Positions 34,692-36,739 of a stretch of DNA of 36,739 bases are shown here, piece by piece. A model generated the notes under the pieces. That model saw only the letters and a list, made by a program, of their open reading frames with translations, was not told where the DNA came from and did no database searches. Every line of letters begins with the position of its first letter. Positions within the stretch are counted from its first letter, which is position 1. This DNA is from Octopus bimaculoides (taxonomy: Eukaryota): contig NC_068994.1 in the NCBI RefSeq assembly GCF_001194135.2, positions 35,783,022 through 35,819,760 of the forward strand, given 5' to 3'. Position numbers and translations under genes: made by a program.

Positions 34692-34722
34692 AGCAGTAGT
34701 AGTAGTATTATTATTATTAGCA
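34580..34722. repeat. (CAT)n(TAT)n(AGT)n trinucleotide microsatellite
   Basis: Directly visible. Confidence 0.97.
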
Positions 34723-36265
34723 GAACTCATTAGAGTGTCGTCTATAATGCATTTGTGATATTTTGTTAAGTCCCTAAACATTGTAAGTTTTGATCTCAAT
34801 GGGATCAGCTTTATCTTTCATCCTTTTAGGGATCGATAAAATGAAATATTATTCAAGTACTGCAATCAATTTAATCAGAAACACCCCCTTACCTCCTCAA
34901 AAATTTATTGCAGCTATGTGCCAATGTCAGAAATCTTCCCCACCACCACAACCACCACCAACACTAACACCATCACCACCAAAAACCACTACCATTGTCA
35001 TCATCACCATCAGGCTGCTACTTGCTGGCAGAATCCCATGGGGCATTGGAGAAAATGCTTAGTGGCATTTATTTTGGCTCTTTATATTCTGAGTTCAAAT
35101 TCTGCTGAGGTCAACTTCGCCTTTCTTCTTTTTGGAGTTGGTGTAATCTACTAACACCTCTCCCCACAGAATTATTAGCTTCATGCTGAAAGTTTGAAAC
35201 CATTGTTAACGCACCAGCTGAAATATTAAGCAGCTTTTCATCTATCAAATTCTGCAAAAGTCAACTTTGCCTTTCATCATTTCACAGTCAATAAAATAAG
35301 TACCAGTTGAGTACTGGGGTCGATGAGATTAACTAAACCCCTCCCTGAAGATTTCATGACTTATGCCTATAGCAGAAAGAATTATTATTATTATTAATTC
35401 TGCCAAAATCGACTTTGCTTTTCATCCTTTCAGGGTCATTAAAATAAGTACCAGTTGAATACTGGGACTGATGTACTCAGCTTAACCCCTCTCCTTAAAT
35501 TGCTGGCCATGTGCCAAAATTTGAAACCATAATTATTAGTATTATTGTTATTATTTAAGGTAGCAAGCTGGCAGAATCGTCAATGAGATTTTGTTTGTCT
35601 TGATATTCTAAGTTAAGATGCCACTGGGTCTGAGTTTGCCTTTCATCCTTTCGGAGTTGATAAAATAAGTAACAGTTGAGCACTGCAGTCGATGTAATTG
35701 ACTTACCCCACTCTGCAAACTTACTGGTTTTGTGCCAAAATTTGAAACCAATATTATTATCATTTAAGGCAGTGAACTGGCAAAATCGGTAGTGTGCTAG
35801 GCAAAATGCTTAGTGCATTTCTTTCATCTTTACATTTTGAGTTCAAATTCTGCTGAGGTCATCTTTGACTCTCATCTTTTCAGGGATTGATAAAACAAGT
35901 ACTACCTGGACACTGGGGTTGATGCAATCAACTTACTTCTCAGAAGTTGCTGGCCTTGTACCAAGATTATTATTATTACTATTATTATTATTATGATTAT
36001 TATTGATATTATCATTAAAGCAGCAAGCTGGCAGAATTGTTAGCATGCTAGGTGCAATGCTTAATGGTATTTTGTCTGCCACTATATTCTGAGTTCAAAT
36101 TCCGCTGAGGTCACTTTTGCCTTTCCTCCTTTTGCGGTTGATAAATTAAGTACCAGTGAAACACTGGAGTCTATGCAATTGACTAGTCCCCTCCTGCTAG
36201 ATTTCAGGCTTGTGCCTTTAGTAGAAAGGATTATCATTATCATTATTATTATTATCATTATTATT
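34715..36265 (+). mobile_element. Head-to-tail array of about seven SINE family B copies, mostly separated by (ATT)n
   Basis: Repeated GCTGGCAGAAT / TTCTGAGTTCAAATTC / CCTTTCATCCTTT / AAGTACCAG motifs, all on the plus strand. Confidence 0.85.
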
Positions 36266-36399
36266 GGCAAAGTGGTAACAAAAATGCTTTTGCAGTACTT
36301 GATTATGCTTCTATACATTCCTTTGCACATAAATGAGAGGCAAGTATGCATGTGATGTATATATTTCTGGACAGAAGACACATGTCCAGATATTTGGAT

Positions 36400-36739
36400 A
36401 TACAGACAGATAGAGAGACAAAGAGAAAGATGGGTGGATAGACAGATAAAATCTACTTGATAGATCAAGGGAGATATAATGTTTCAAAAATAGATATAAA
36501 CGCAGATGTATGGATGCACAGCAAGTCTGAGACAGCCAAGAAAATATAGAAATAGATAAAAAGATACATTAAGATATAGATATAAGGACATATAAATAAA
36601 TATATGATAAATGTGTGTTTGTGTGTAAGTGTATATATAAATATATGTATGTGTGCATATATGTGTGTATGTTTATTTGTATATGTTGTATGTATATTTA
36701 TATATGTATATACAATATATGAATATATAAAATATATAC
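36400..36739. repeat. GATA-like and TA/TG low-complexity tract
   Basis: Directly visible. Confidence 0.8.

Noticed and set aside
33866-36265. Idea that the R4/Dong-like LINE mobilises SINE family B because both have A/T trinucleotide tails
   Set aside because: In sense orientation the LINE ends in (AAT)n and the SINE in (ATT)n, and their 3' sequences are not similar.
1-36739. tRNA genes, CRISPR arrays, prokaryotic-type operons
   Set aside because: tRNA-like boxes occur only in decayed SINE heads without a cloverleaf. The SINE B arrays have ~200-250-bp units without a repeat-spacer structure. The DNA is eukaryotic.

Overview
AT-rich, repeat-saturated eukaryotic genomic DNA. The tRNA-derived SINE families, (GATA)n/(CATA)n microsatellites and LINE fragments look like an Octopus genome (inferred from recalled repeat families, not from a search). 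I recognise no host protein-coding exon by homology, and most ORFs in the track are microsatellite or SINE artefacts. The recognisable protein remnants are all from mobile elements: a 5'-truncated CR1/L2-group LINE RT (2495-4022, minus, one premature stop), the 3' end of an RTE LINE (~17240-17666), the restriction-like endonuclease end of an R4/Dong-like LINE (~33866-34262, minus) and a possible Penelope trace (~21325). The most informative non-repeat segment is a ~300-bp CpG-rich promoter-like island (~6110-6400) with CCAAT, E2F, E-box and ETS motifs and a splice donor. It is followed by a ~31-bp inverted repeat whose right arm overlaps a candidate ATG-bearing micro-exon. Other points: a nested hAT-type MITE with a CpG-decayed 8-bp TSD, a probable solo LTR, two SINE arrays that seem to have formed differently, and SINE heads with alternative tails. 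I cannot support a wholly new biological system from this sequence. The promoter/hairpin unit is the best lead.
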